Shown: positions 26,031-49,511, counted from the first letter of the stretch. The stretch: DNA of 64,000 nt from the human T2T-CHM13v2.0 reference genome, Homo sapiens (GCF_009914755.1 NC_060939.1); one strand, 5' to 3'. Numbers and translations are program-made. The notes: generated by a model not told the origin, from the letters alone.

Positions 26031-26761
26031 TTACTGGACTGATTAAAGATAGGAAGCAAGTTTAAAGAATATTTGCCATCCCTTCCTATTTAGTTGAATG
26101 GTGTTGCTTCAACCCAATCAATTAAGTTGGGCTTAGATTTTCACTGTTTCTCTAATAAAAATGAACTCTCGCCCTAGTGGCACAGAGTCTGTACCTTGGA
26201 AACAATCTCAGGCCATGGTGGCCCTCATATCACCATGAGTTCTTGCCATGCGGCTTAGGGTTTTGAATGGTGAGGCTTGACTAAGAGACCAACTTCAGGA
26301 TGTATGTCCTGCTCGCTTTGACCCTTATCACTTACAGTGTTGTATAGGAAACCAGGCAAGGTGTCTTCCCAGTCTGCAGGAAAGTGGTGCATCTCAGAGT
26401 GATGGCTTCTGGCGATCAGCCGGGAATGAGCCCCTTCTAAGCAACGTGGGCCTTTGTGTCCTCCTCTTCCAGGATTATCAAGTATAAATGACACCCACGA
26501 CACCTACCCTTCTCCAACAAATGGAGATGATTCTTCCACCCGATTCCCTCTTTATTTTGGAACCAAATCAAAAGCCAAAAAAAAAAAAGATGTCCCTGTA
26601 AGGGTGGCAGAATTAGTCTTCTGAGTTGTCTTTTATAGTATGAGTGAGGATAGCACAATTGCTAAGCATCTTCATCTTTGCCCTAAATGATTGCCTTGCC
26701 CTCTGTCCTAACTCTTTCTCTTCCTTTGCCCCTCTCAACTTTGTGTTTTGTTCCCTTTTAG

Positions 26762-26833
26762 AATGGTGGTTTGGCCTGGAGTGATGATGCAGATGGAGGC
26801 CGGGGAAGAGAGATCTCTCGAGATTTTGCCAAG
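26762..26833 (+). CDS. ARID3B: ARID3B coding exon 3 (NGGLAWSDDADGGRGREISRDFAK)
   Basis: Pyrimidine tract plus TTTTAG acceptor (AG 26760-26761); 72 nt, phase 0-0; donor GTCTGT at 26834. Peptide matches ARID3B just upstream of the ARID domain. Confidence 0.96.
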
Positions 26834-27031
26834 GTCTGTAATACTTCCTTTGTGATACAGATAGGGGCAGTTCTGCAGTGGCTTGTTACAGCTGATTCCC
26901 AAGAAATAAGGACCAAGGTAGCCAGTGAGTTGCATTTGTAGTGATTCAGATGGTCATAGTATATCTGGTATAAGACTTCAGCAAGATGGAATTTTTCACT
27001 GTGTGTTTTTCTTGGGGGATTGGGATTGCAG

Positions 27032-27104
27032 CTGTATGAACTGGACGGTGATCCTGAAAGGAAAGAGTTCCTGGATGACCTCTTCGTCTTTATGCAGAAG
27101 AGGG
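27032..27104 (+). CDS. ARID3B: ARID3B coding exon 4 (LYELDGDPERKEFLDDLFVFMQKR-G), start of ARID domain
   Basis: TGCAG acceptor; 73 nt, phase 0-1; GTGAGT donor at 27105; canonical ARID3 motif. Confidence 0.97.
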
Positions 27105-27169
27105 GTGAGTGTGCATCTACTCATCATTCCAATTCAGGGAATACTGATAGAGTGCCTACTGTGTGCTAG
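27105..27169 (+). CDS. ARID3B: Exon 4 read-through tail (ECASTHHSNSGNTDRVPTVC*) of a truncated ARID3B isoform
   Basis: Frame stays open past the exon 4 donor to TAG 27167-27169. Consistent with the short ARID3B isoform lacking exons 5-9 (recalled, not verified here). Confidence 0.6.
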
Positions 27170-27525
27170 TCACTGTTAGACATCCTGGCCCACTAATCCT
27201 CATCCAGGAGGAGAAGAGGCATTTACTGCCAGTTGGTTCTGGATTTAGCCAATTAACCGATAGCCAGATTGAAGAGGACAGAGAAGGTGTTGGCACAAAG
27301 TAGATGGAATGATCGTCCACTTTTGGCCCTGCCTGATTTTGTCTCTTCTTCCAATTGACTGGTCTCTGGAGTCACTTCAAATTCAAATATGCCTTTTTTA
27401 AGCCTTAAAGCTACCCTGGACTTCACTTAATCTAGCATGTGGGCCTTCTTGTTGGCATATCTAGTCTCATGGAGAAAGGTAAGTGAAAGAAAAGAGGCCC
27501 CTCAGGATATTTTGGAAGGGTCTGA

Positions 27526-27960
<435 letters not shown>

Positions 27961-28622
27961 TAATGCACCCTCCCAATTCTCTTTCCTTCTCTCCTCACTC
28001 TGCACATCCCCAAGAGCCATCTTCACTGTAGACTATGGTGTGACTGAGTTTAGAGCTGAGTGACTCAACTTCCTGGCTTTGTATTCAGTCATAGCAATGG
28101 GTTCACCAGCCAGGTCAGCCCTCAGAACACATGGCCAGCACCCCAGCCTCTCTAGGAGAAGGCCTTCAGCAACCTGTGTGGCTCCACCTTCGTCACCCTC
28201 AGGACAAAACCATAGGAGAGAGCTACTCCCAGTAGCCTGCTCCCAGCATCCTGTTATAGCTGATCATGCATCCCTTGGTGCCTGTGTCAACAACTTTATT
28301 GAGACCTAAGAATGAAATCTTCCTCTTTATCCTGGGCCAAGCTGTAATGGCAGCCCCCAGCAGCTAAATATTCTAAGTTAACTTCTCTCTCTCTCTATTT
28401 CCCTCCTTCCTCCCTACTCCTTTACCTTTGGCAGCCTTATTGCCTTCTTGGTGTAGCCTGCCTGTTACTGTTGGTTTGCGTAAAAAAGGCAATCGAAAGT
28501 TTTGAATCTTGGTTTTCCCCAGTCTCTAAGCCCATCAAAGCAATCTGAGCAGCCTTAATTAGTTTGCTCCTCCAGCTGTTACCTGGAACTGCATGTGTCA
28601 GTAAAAAACAATATAATCCTGA

Positions 28623-28990
<368 letters not shown>

Positions 28991-29721
28991 TTAATACTTT
29001 GGTCTCCCCTTCCAATTACCTTTTAATTATTTACAAGCTCCACAAGCCCAGCTGGTGCAAACCCAGGAGCTGATCCTGTCTCAAAGGGGCTGCCATAGCA
29101 ATATAGATTTTAATCAGCAGTGGAGCTCCACTGCTTTATTTTCCACTTTATTGTTTTTCTCCCTTCCCTGAAGGATTTTTAAAGGAAAATGGAAGTGAGA
29201 TCAGCCAAGCCGATTGTGAAGATCAGTAATTGTTTACTACTATATGTCCCCACTAGACTAGGAGCTCCTCAAGGAGGGCCACTTTGTCATTCTTTCATGT
29301 CCCCAGTGCTAGCACAGGGCCAGGCAGGAAGGTGCTCAGGACATGTTTGCTGTGTGAGCAGTCTTGTTGGTTTTCCTGGCTCAGATTGCAACATGCAGGG
29401 TATTCAAGCTGCCTTGAGGTTTGGGTGCATCTGTGTCCTTCAGCCAGCTGCCCCGTAATTGAGAGTCAGCAGTAGAGAACAGTCTTTGCTGCATATCCTG
29501 CTGTTCTGTGGCAACTGGGACTGCCAGATTGCCATCTAGTATATTTCTGAGTGAACCCAAAGCAGGAGTGAGTGACTCCCTTTGATAATGTCACTTTATG
29601 ATTCTTCAGGTCCTGAGTAAATCTTTGTCCTGTCTTCAGCACTTACGTCAGGTATTTCACTGTTTGCTGGCATTACCAACAGAAGGGAAACGGTTCTGTC
29701 TGCCACTTGTTACTTTAATAA

Positions 29722-30232
<511 letters not shown>

Positions 30233-30291
30233 GCATGGAAAGATGAGAAAGAGAATAAAGATGTAAAATATCCTCTGCAAGAAAAACTCTT

Positions 30292-34100
<3,809 letters not shown>

Positions 34101-35852
34101 AAAACGTGTTTCTTTGGCAAACATAAAGCCAAAACAGTTGTAAATAAAATTGTCTGGCTAATTTAACTCCCTGTGGGTGGTTTCTGAAATACCATTCCCT
34201 CATAGATTTTCCATTTAGTCTTTCAGTGCCCAAGGGGAGGGACTAATTTCTAAGTCTAATAAGCAAAGGCTATTATAAACAATTTCATTTTTCCTTCATC
34301 AGTGAGGAAGAAAAGCTTGTTTTTTGTTCCCTAGGAGGTGAAACAGAAGTGTGGTTTCATTAAAGAGTCAGGATGATGATGACGATAATGGTGATTTTAC
34401 TGTTACTTGCATTTTTATTATACCATACACATTACAGAACCCTTGCAACCCATTATCTGATCTGCTGCTCCCCTCAGCTCCAGCTCTGTAGAGTAGAGAG
34501 AGCAAAGGTTATCACCTGTAACCCTGAAGAAGCAGCCCCAAGGTTAAGTGACTCACCTAAGGCCACAGAGCAGACTTAGCACGCGGTCTCCTAACTCCCA
34601 GGCCAGTGTGCTTTGCTTCTCCTGCCTTATCTTTGAGAAACTTGTTCCCTAGAGCTAGCAACCCCATCACTCCCCTTTGGAGAAGCAGGCAAACCTCATG
34701 TCTTCGGCAGCATTCACCGCCTCCAAGAGGGTGGTGGCCTGCCTCCACAGGCCACCGTTCAGTAGCGCTTCTGAGCATCTAGCTGATGAACACAGGGTAG
34801 AACCTGATGTGCAAGATGGGTCTTCATCTCAGGGTCAGGGCTGTTTCTCAGAGAAATAGGGAAGGGCAGATGTGACAACTCAGAGTGGCACAGAGGCTGC
34901 CATCTGTCAAGGCAGGATGGGGTAGGGCTTGGGAGACACAGGAGGCACCCAGAATGCCCACAAGCAAGGCTCTCTTTTCCTGCCCCTGCCCCATCTGGGC
35001 ACACCAGGCTAAGGAACTGCCTGGTCACATGGAAGACAAGTTTTGTCAAGCCCTCACTTGTAGACCTGCCCTCCCGCCCCCATCAGTTCTCTTCAAGGCT
35101 GCAAACTGACCTTGGTTTTCCCAAATGGATTGCTGGATCTTTTTTGATGTGTATATACAAAGAATTTACTGTGGGAAAAGGGCTTGGTCTGCTTCAAAGT
35201 GCAACTTGAGTGTTTTTCCTTCTGTTGTGTGCTTATCTATCCATCTCAGGCAAGGAAATGTTCATGACATATATTGCTTTGCCTTTTGGTGGAGGCAATT
35301 TCTTGTATATTCTTTGTATCTTACCATAAATGGTCTGTGCCCTGGACACCCTTCCTGGCAGACGAAAATATGTTGTCTTTTTCAGACGATATAGGCTTTG
35401 GGGCTTCATTTTCTAACTTTATCCCGAAATGAAAGTCTAAAATGCAAATCTTTTAGTGTCTGGATTAGCCCTTTGTCTCAGGCCAGATCCTTTTCTCTCT
35501 CTAGGTGACCCAGCTGCTGTTAAAAAAATATACTGGTTTTTCCCCCATTTTTAATAGTCATTATAATACTCTATAAATACCCAGTTATCCACGATCATAG
35601 GAAGGGAGTCTGGTTTTTGAAAGTCACAATTAATTTGAATAGCCTGCTTTTGTCGTTAAATTCAGCCTCTTCCCCTTCAAAATCTTTTATTGGTATTTCT
35701 AACACATGGGAAAATTGAGTTATTTGATAGTTTTGCCTCTTTTGTCCCAAAGTGAACCAATATTCAGTAAATCATCTAAGAGTTGGTATGGTGAAAAGTT
35801 GCAGTGAGTGTTTGGCCTGCTTACACCATGGGGAAGTTCTGCTGGGTTTTGA

Positions 35853-38110
<2,258 letters not shown>

Positions 38111-40487
38111 TGTTGTGATATTCTCTATATGAACAAGTCATGGGGGGAAATCAGCAGTCATTTCTCTGCTGGCTTCTGGGGAGCAGTTCTAGAGCAGGGC
38201 AAGAATGAAGATGCAGAGGAATGTTCAGGAAGCCTGCCTGCCTGCGCACATTCCCTGCTTAACACAGGTCTTAACTCTTCCAGGCTCTCTGGTCAGCTCT
38301 CTTGACAGTCAGGCTATGGAAATGATTAATGATCTTTCTCAAAGCCTGGAAAAAGCAGCAAGGGTCCCTGGCAGGGCCACACCCTGGGTCCTGGGCCCTC
38401 ACCCCTGCCCAGTGGGCAGGAAGGCAGCCATATGAGTCTGTCTGGGGTCCCTGCCCCTGTTTGCTTCTGGACTTCCCTGGAACCGGCCCATTCTCTGCAA
38501 TGGGGAGGAAGTGGCTTTCCCTTCAACACTCTTACCATCTCTCATCTTTGTCTCCAAAGCCAGAAGAGGCCATCTCTTCTGCCCTCACCCCTATCCCCAG
38601 CTACATCTTGGTTGTCTGAGTGGCAGGAAGGAAAACAAAGTACCAGGGAGCAGCTTTTGTTTGGCCACATCTGCACTGGAAGCTCCTGATCACAGCTGTG
38701 GCCTGCTAGTGCCAGCGCCCAGCGGCATTCCCACCAACAAGGGTTAAAGCCCCAGGAGTCCCGCCAGCTTCACTGGGTCCATGGCCCTCATAAAAGCCTT
38801 TTACATCCGTCCCTCAGGCTGCAGGCTCCCTGGCTGAAATCTGATAAGGGGCCTCTTTGTTGCAACTGTCAGTCTCCTTTATTGAGGAGGGAACTGGAGA
38901 CCAGTGGCACTTCTTGGGGTGCAGATAAGGCCCTGGATTCCTGTCAGAGAGAGCATGATTAATTACCCTCAATCCCAGCTCCTGCTTTGATAGCAGTGAC
39001 TGACAGTCCACAGGCTTCCCCATCAGGTGCTCACCCCCTTCTGGGAGGCATGATGGGGGTGGAGATTTGGTCTCCTGTAGGGCCAACACCAGTGACCCAC
39101 AAAGATCTCTCTTCAGTGGGTGTTTGCCTCCTTCCTGGTGCTCTGTGGGTTGCTTTTGCATTTCTTGTGGACAGAGGCCTCTCTCTCTCAGGTGAAGAGC
39201 TTCCTTAGAGGAAGATAGAATACAGCCCAGAGAGCAGGCCAGAGACCCCTTGCTCCCTCCCGCAAAGACTGGGAAAGGAGCCATTGCTTGTGGACGTGAA
39301 CTTCACAAATCTGGCCTTAAGCCAGGGGCCCTTCACAGAGAAAATCTCAAACTATCTGTATCAAGGCCACTTGACAATATTACTCTCTAATTCAGGCAAG
39401 TTCCTAAAACCATGTGATTCTCCCTTTGGTAATAATCACAACTGTCAATTTTTGTTTATCGATTTATATCTTGCTGGTTTGAAGGTACATCAGCAGAATT
39501 TTTGTTTTAATTTTTTATTCATAGACTTTAGAACTGAAAATCATCTAGTCCAAATTCCTCACTTCACATTTGCGGAAACTGAGGCCTGAGTCTGTCGATT
39601 GCCTATTGGTTCTTGTTCAGCAGGTAAACTTAGCTTAAAGGCCTTCTCTCTTTCTTCATAGTAGAATCTACTTTGGACAAGAGAAATGGCTACCAGGTCC
39701 ATTAAGCACAAAGCAAACTGCTGAGACCAACCTGCAGATTCTGCTTCTCTCAGTTGTTAGAAGAATCAAAGACGCGGCAGGCTTTTGTGTCTGGATTATC
39801 TGATGGGAGAAAGCGCCACTGTCATCTAGAGAGCCCTCGGCATAGCCTCCGCTCTGTTTCTGATGGCACCAAGGGCCAGCCTGCACTGGGAGCCACTGAC
39901 AGTTTCACAGAGGGCCAGCCACAGGGAATAATGCGCCCAATCTCCTTATCAGCTTGATCTCCAGAACCAGGGTGCCTGATCAGGGCATGGGGGCTCGTGT
40001 GAGGAGAGTTCACTGTGGAGTGAGGAAAACAGCTTCCCAAGTATGCCCTGGGTGGAGCTGGGCCACACAGCAGGGTGCAGGGGCCACCACCACGGTTTCC
40101 AGTGCACCTCTTACCTGCGGTTTCTCTGTAGTGTGATGACAGTTCCCAGAAGAGTACACTTTCCCCTCTGGGAAGAGATCACTTATTAGTTAGGTTACAA
40201 CCTTGACTTCAGACACCACTGTGACCCTTCCTTGTCTCCTCAGGTTCTGTATCTGCCATTGTTCCCCTGGCCCTAAGCAGTTCTCAGTCTAATATAATAC
40301 AGTCACGTTGTGTGTGACTATAAAGAGGCTAATTTTTAATGAAATTTCTACATCTATAACAATGTTGTCCTTCAAAGATGCCATCTCAAACAGCCAGGCA
40401 ATTAGTCCAATGACTACTCAAAATGAATTTGTAATTCCTCTCTGGGGAGTTGCCTTCAGAGGCAGTTTGAACCACACTAGAAAATCT

Positions 40488-41500
40488 CAGCCGGGTGCGT
40501 GGCTCACGCCTGTCATCCCAACACTTTGGGAGGCTGAAGTGGGAGGATTGCTTGAGTCCAGGAGTTTGAGACCAGCCTGGGCAACATAGTGAGACCTCGA
40601 GAAACATTTCTGGGTAGGTTAATTTATTAACACTATAAGGCATGGTAGGCATGGTAAAGGAAAGACAACCCCTGCCTTCATAGAGCTGACAGTCCTCCTG
40701 GGATATCGGATGGACAGATGTGAAACAATTAGAGAAGGACAATTTGCTAAACTTATAGGGGCATGATAGAAATTCTGAGAGGGAAGAAACCCACATGAAC
40801 TGGGGTAGTGAGAACATGCTTCCTGGAAGGAGTGGATATGGAAGAACACTGTGAAGGATTTGAGGGGAGGCACAAAAGAGCGTGTTTTGGGGGCAATAGG
40901 GAGAAGGCCCAGTGAGTTGGAGTACAAGAGAGTTGCTTGGATATGCCAGGAATACTTCACATGTGATCTTCTAAGGGAGTGTTGAGGAACATGGGTCATG
41001 CGATTGGACATGTGAGATGGGCTAGGTAAGCAATAAGAGTTTTCATAGGTTTTTAAACAAGGAGGTGAGTAATATGGTAAAAGTAGTATTTTAATAAGAT
41101 TGGCTGCAGTGTTCAAGTTGATCGTATGGCTAAGAGGCTGCTGCAGGCATCTAACTGTGGGCCAGAGAGGGCCTGGACCAGGATGGTGGCTGCAGGCCAA
41201 AAAGGAAGATGCCTTTGAGAGGTACCTCCAAGGACGAATCATGAAGCCTTCTAACACCCTGAAAGTGGGTGATAGGGAGAGGAGAGGAGCCAGTGCTGAC
41301 ACGAGGTTCCTGCCTTCCTGCCTAACTTCCAAGGGTGGTAGTGTTGCTGGGAAAAAATGAGGTGTGGGGAAAGGGAGCTAGTTTAGGGGAATGAAGATGA
41401 GCCCAGCACAAACATTCTGACTTGGAAGTAAACGGGTCACACGTGTGAAGATGCCCTAGGAGCTTCCGGAAATGTGAGCTTAGGAGCCCTGTGTGAGGGG
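40488..41500. mobile_element. Alu monomer (40488-40598, +) followed by antisense L2 (~40615-41500)
   Basis: Purine-rich L2 antisense body; CCCTGCCTTCATAGAGCTGACAGTC motif. Confidence 0.7.
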
Positions 41501-41860
41501 ACCTGGGGAGTGGTCCTCTCAGACACTCCAGGTAATGCCTTGGAAGGTGTGGACTCAAGGCCATGGGTGTGTTTGGGCAGATAGGCCTCCAAAAGGAGGT
41601 CGACGTTAGCCCTGTCCTGCTGGGGGCTTTTGTCTTTCTGGTAGGGGGAAGGTTTACTGTCCAGAACAGCACTGGGAGAAGTCAACCAGCACATGAGCTG
41701 TGTGTCTTAGGAGTATGCCCGTAATCCTCTGTTATTTTACCTATGAATTTGTGGATCTAATTCCATGACCCCTTTGTCCTTGACCCTCCAAGGACCAGCA
41801 GGTCAAGATAAAGGTCTTCAAGGTCACTAACCCCCTCCCCACACTTAGGAAAGAGGCCTA

Positions 41861-43229
<1,369 letters not shown>

Positions 43230-43720
43230 AGCGAGCACACTCTTATAAGCAGCACTGAGCGCTGCCAGGAGGGTGACTAGGCAGGGCTCCCCTTCTAGGA
43301 AGTCAGAGAAAGGCATCCCAGAGGAAGCTGCCGCTGAATGGAGTCTGAAAGCTGCAGAGATAAGTCGCCAGATCACTAGGAATAGTCTGGAATCATACTG
43401 CCAGCAAAACAAAAACAAAAACACACACACACGAACTAAAAAACAAGCACCTTTGAAATCATCTAGTCTGGCCCTCTTATTTACAGACGGCAAAACAGAA
43501 CCAGAGAGGCTAAGTGCTTTGCCAAAGGCCCACACAGCCTGTGCGTTGGACCTGTCCTGACAGCTAGTCTGAGTGTTCAGGCTTGGGGAGTTTGAGTTAA
43601 ATTACACTTCCAGGTTGATGAGCATTGTTTCCAGCTCGGCTAAAGGTGGGCATACACGGAATCTTTCTTCTCAGCCTGATGATGATCCCGCTGTCTCTTT
43701 CTCTCGTTGGACAACCACAG

Positions 43721-43904
43721 GGACCCCCATCAACCGAATCCCCATCATGGCCAAACAGATCCTGGACCTGTACATGCTGTATAAGCTGGTGACCGAGAAG
43801 GGAGGCCTGGTGGAGATCATCAACAAGAAGATCTGGAGGGAGATCACCAAAGGCCTAAACCTGCCCACATCCATCACCAGCGCCGCCTTCACCCTCAGGA
43901 CGCA
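43721..43904 (+). CDS. ARID3B: ARID3B coding exon 5 (GTPINRIPIMAKQILDLYMLYKLVTEKGGLVEIINKKIWREITKGLNLPTSITSAAFTLRTQ), ARID core
   Basis: CACAG acceptor; 184 nt, phase 1-2; GTGAGT donor at 43905. Lies in ORF 43573..43908. Confidence 0.98.
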
Positions 43905-45051
43905 GTGAGTGGCCAGGGCCTGGGAGAAGGAAGCTGAGGCTGGAGAAAGGGGATGTTGTAACCTAGAGGAGAGGAAGGAAGGAAATTCCTTTGTATGGTT
44001 AGCAAGATGAGTGGATTCCCGAAACAGTGGGGAGCTTTCTGAGATGAATCCCTCACTAAACCAAGTAGTGATGAGAACCACCATTTACCAAGTGTCTACT
44101 CTGTGCTGGTACTTTACTATTTCATTTAAACCTCACAGTCAACCCTGTAAAGTAGGTATGCCCCCATTTCCCACATTACAAAAATGAAGTCTCCATGGTT
44201 AAATAATTTGGCTAAGGTCATATACCAGCCAGTAAGTGGTAGAGCTGAGATTCAGACCTGGGCTTCTGTCTCTAAGACCTGTGCCCCTTCCAGGACATTG
44301 TCTTCCAAACAGCATCTCCACCCCAAGTGGCCCCTCTTACCTGATATTCAGCTTACCCAGCGGCAGAGGACCCAGAGAAAGGCAGGCAGGAAGGCCCCCT
44401 TGGATTGGTGACCTGGTTTTGTCAGCATTTGAGTTAATTACATGGGTGATGGAAGCGGTGAAACCAATAGTAGCACTGAAGAATGAGGGCCAGAGAGGAA
44501 TCTTTTCTTCTGGAACACTCTGGAAGTTGTTCTGTGAAGAGTATGCAATGAACAACTGACATCAGTTAGGTAGCATGTTGTAGCTACAACCAGAATGGCA
44601 AGGTTCTTGGGTAGAGAACTGCTTCTTGGGACCTAAGACACAAAGAATGACAGTGTCTAGGTCCCATGCACAATGGGAAGAATTGCTCCTATCTGACTAG
44701 CCCAGCTCTGAATGGTTATAAGATCAAGAAGTCAGAAAGCCCTTGTAAAACATGGGCCTAATTTTTCCCAGGGCTTCAAAACAAATGTGAAAACGCCAAC
44801 TAAGATGTTATTTATTTCCCCTAATGAATGGTGCTTCAAAGTAGAGCCTATTTAGGATTGAGTGGCAGTCAGAGGAGGCTGGGGCAGAGTGTCCGGCCAT
44901 CCCAGACTTTTCTGCCAAGTATACCAAGGTTGCAATCCTTTGCCCTAGAGTCCTGCCCAACAGAGACTGCTTCCAGAGACCCACCAACCTCAACTGGGTG
45001 GTCTCTGGTGCTGTTTTGGATTATTCTCCCTGCTTGCTTCCTTTCCTCCAG

Positions 45052-45335
45052 GTACATGAAGTATCTGTATGCCTATGAGTGTGAGAAGAAAGCCTTGAGT
45101 TCCCCAGCCGAGCTCCAGGCAGCAATTGATGGCAACCGCAGGGAGGGCCGGCGGCCCAGCTACAGCTCCTCCCTCTTTGGCTACTCACCTGCTGCGGCTA
45201 CTGCTGCTGCCGCTGCCGGGGCCCCTGCCCTTCTCTCCCCACCCAAGATCCGCTTTCCCATCCTTGGGCTTGGCTCCAGCAGTGGTACCAATACCAGTAG
45301 CCCTCGGATATCCCCAGCAACCACTCTCAGGAAAG
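45052..45335 (+). CDS. ARID3B: ARID3B coding exon 6 (YMKYLYAYECEKKALSSPAELQAAIDGNRREGRR...ATTLRK), extended ARID plus Ala/Ser-rich linker
   Basis: CTCCAG acceptor; 284 nt, phase 2-1; GTCAGC donor at 45336. Confidence 0.98.
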
Positions 45336-45460
45336 GTCAGCAGGGCTCCTGGGGGAGAAGGAAGAAAGGGAGGAAGGGATGCCAGTTCCCTGTGTTCAAG
45401 ACTGGGGTTTTGGGGCAAGAGGGTCAATTGTGGATTGGTCCAGCTCCAGTTCCTTTGCAG

Positions 45461-45715
45461 GTGATGGAGCCCCAGTGACAACAGTGCCTGTGCCAAATCG
45501 TCTGGCTGTGCCCGTGACCTTGGCAAGCCAGCAGGCTGGTACTCGGACCGCCGCACTGGAGCAGCTGCGGGAGCGGCTGGAGTCAGGGGAGCCTGCTGAG
45601 AAGAAGGCATCGAGGCTGTCTGAGGAGGAGCAGCGCCTGGTGCAGCAGGCCTTCCAGCGCAACTTTTTCAGCATGGCACGGCAGCTCCCCATGAAGATCA
45701 GGATCAACGGCAGGG
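45461..45715 (+). CDS. ARID3B: ARID3B coding exon 7 (GDGAPVTT...LEQLRERLESGEPAEKK...LPMKIRINGR), REKLES domain
   Basis: TTTGCAG acceptor; 255 nt, phase 1-1; GTGAGC donor at 45716; RERLES motif. Confidence 0.98.
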
Positions 45716-47038
45716 GTGAGCCAGGCTCAGGGCCGGGCCTTCCCTTCCTGGAAACCCCAAGCCCATTCACGCCTCCTGGGACTGGTGGGGCAGGGGTGGT
45801 GAGGCACATACTCCTGACCTGGAAGAGGCCCCTCCAGGTTCTGCCTTCCAGGCCCCTAGAAGAGAGGCACTGAGATCTTAGTTCACCAAGCTGAGGTTGT
45901 TTGGTAGAGGGGACCACATGTTGCCTCAGGCAGTGCCCTGTTCTCTAGTAAGAGGGAAAAGCAGTTATTCACAGAGGAGGAGCCAGAGGCCTTCAGAGAG
46001 CTGCTGTGTTTCCCCACCAGCCATTACCCCAGCACCTCACTGGATGTAGGCAAGAGCAGGGCACCGTCTGCAGGTCTGGGAGGAAGACACCCCATGTTCC
46101 TGAGGCTCAGCGAGGGGCCAAGTTGCCCCGGGCTGGACAGTGGGACTCAGGAATATAGACAGAAGGAGGAAACACAAGTTTGGCAGCATAATTGACATCC
46201 TTTCCCTTCCTCTTCACATTGTTCTGGTGCCCCACATTCTCTTCCTCAAGCCACACGCCCCTTTTCCCATTCACACACATTCTTTCCCATTCTGGTCCTG
46301 ATGCTATCTCAAAGCAAACATGAATGAGATGTGTGGGAAGGAGCCAGGTGTGAAGGGAGCTATACATATTCCCAGGCTGCCCCTCCTACCCCATTGCCCT
46401 TGGGGACCAGAAGGAAACTGGGAGGTAACAGCTCATCCAGGGCCAGGTACCCTGCTCCTGCACAAAGCAAAGGGCTGTTAGAAAAGACAGCTCACCGGGA
46501 AGAATTCTGAGTCTGGGGTGAGCCAGCCAAAGGCCGTGTGTGCCAGCACTTGCAGGCTTCCACAAACGCCAGCTGCCTGGGTGGTCATGGAGGGGAGGGG
46601 CTGAGGGCGTAGACTCCTCTCTCTGAGGGACTCAGAGTCAAAGGAAAGAAAGGGCAGGTGGGTCCTCAAAGTTGGGGCTGGGTCTCATTGATCTCTGATT
46701 TCCTGGGCCTGGTGTATAGTGTAGTTCAGGGTTTGCCCGTCACTTGGAAAGTGCCAGTGCAGAGTGGTGGGGCCGGAGCCGGCCTCCTTGCCTACTGTGA
46801 TTCCTTTTCTCTGGGAGCAGAGGTAGTTGAGGGGATGAACTGGGTCAGTGGAAAAAGCCAGCAACAGGAGATTGGCGAGCCTGGGATCTCCTGCCATACC
46901 CTACACTCAGGAGAAGGTTACATAGATGCCTTTTAACAGCGTGAGGCTTTGACCAGGGGTGGCCAGGCAGCATCAGAGAGGACAACAGGAGTGCTGTGGA
47001 AGGCTTGACCAGGCCCACTGTCTCCCTGTCCCCAGCAG

Positions 47039-47137
47039 AAGACAGAGCAGAGGCCTCGGCTGCAGCACTGAACCTGACCACGAGTAGCATTGGGAGCATT
47101 AACATGTCTGTGGACATCGATGGCACCACCTATGCAG
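47039..47137 (+). CDS. ARID3B: ARID3B coding exon 8 (EDRAEASAAALNLTTSSIGSINMSVDIDGTTYA); alternative start 47036 via NAGNAG
   Basis: Tandem CAGCAG acceptor 47033-47038; 99 or 102 nt, phase 1-1; GTGAGG donor at 47138; REKLES-beta motif SINMSVDIDGTTYAG. Confidence 0.97.
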
Positions 47138-47661
47138 GTGAGGCCCTGGAGCTCTGGGGGAGGCCCACGTGGCCGCAGCTAGCCACAGGGCAGCTCTGCG
47201 GCTGGCCCTGCCTCTTACCCTCTGTCTGAACACCTCCCACAGTGGCTTCCTTTTTCCTGGTCTCAGAGTTGCAAAGGTCAAGTGGTCCTCTGGACTAGTA
47301 GACTGTGGATTGTTAACAGGATGATAGGTCCCTCCCACTTTGGCAGAAACCCTTCACCTAACCCTTTTAGACCAGTGGTTGGCTCGTTAATTGAAGAAGT
47401 CAGTCAGTGTCCCACAATCCCCAGGTCTTCTCATGCACAGCCTTTCTCTGACTGTAATTCAGCTCTTCTCTTCCTTTTGCAGACTGAGACACAGGCAAAG
47501 GAACCCCAGTATAGGAGAATCAGCTTACATTGTTAAGCTCCCTGCCCCCCAGTCTTTTACAGTTATCTTTTCCTAAACCTAATTTGGCAACAGTGTTTTG
47601 TTGGTTGGTTGATTTCGCACCTTTACAGAGTCTTTCTAAGGGTTTAACTTAGTATTCATGA

Positions 47662-49238
<1,577 letters not shown>

Positions 49239-49511
49239 TTGGTGTTCCTCTTTGTGTACCCTGGGTACACCTTGTCTCAGAGCATTTATGACATTTTAGC
49301 AAAATTACTCTGTCGACCTATCTGTCCCCCTCCCCAGCCCATCAGCACTTCAAGGCAGGACAGCATTTGGATCTTCTCCCATCACCCCCTAGCACAGTGT
49401 CTACAGCGGAGTCAGGCACAGGCTAGGCCAGCGGTGAATACTTACTGAAAGGAGCTGGCCCTCCCCTTCGCTCTTCCTCTGCCCACACTTGCTTCTCTTC
49501 CACCCACCAAG

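Noticed and set aside
44828-45873. ORFs 44828..45478 and 45379..45873 as stand-alone genes
   Set aside because: They are ARID3B exons 6 and 7 extended into flanking intron.
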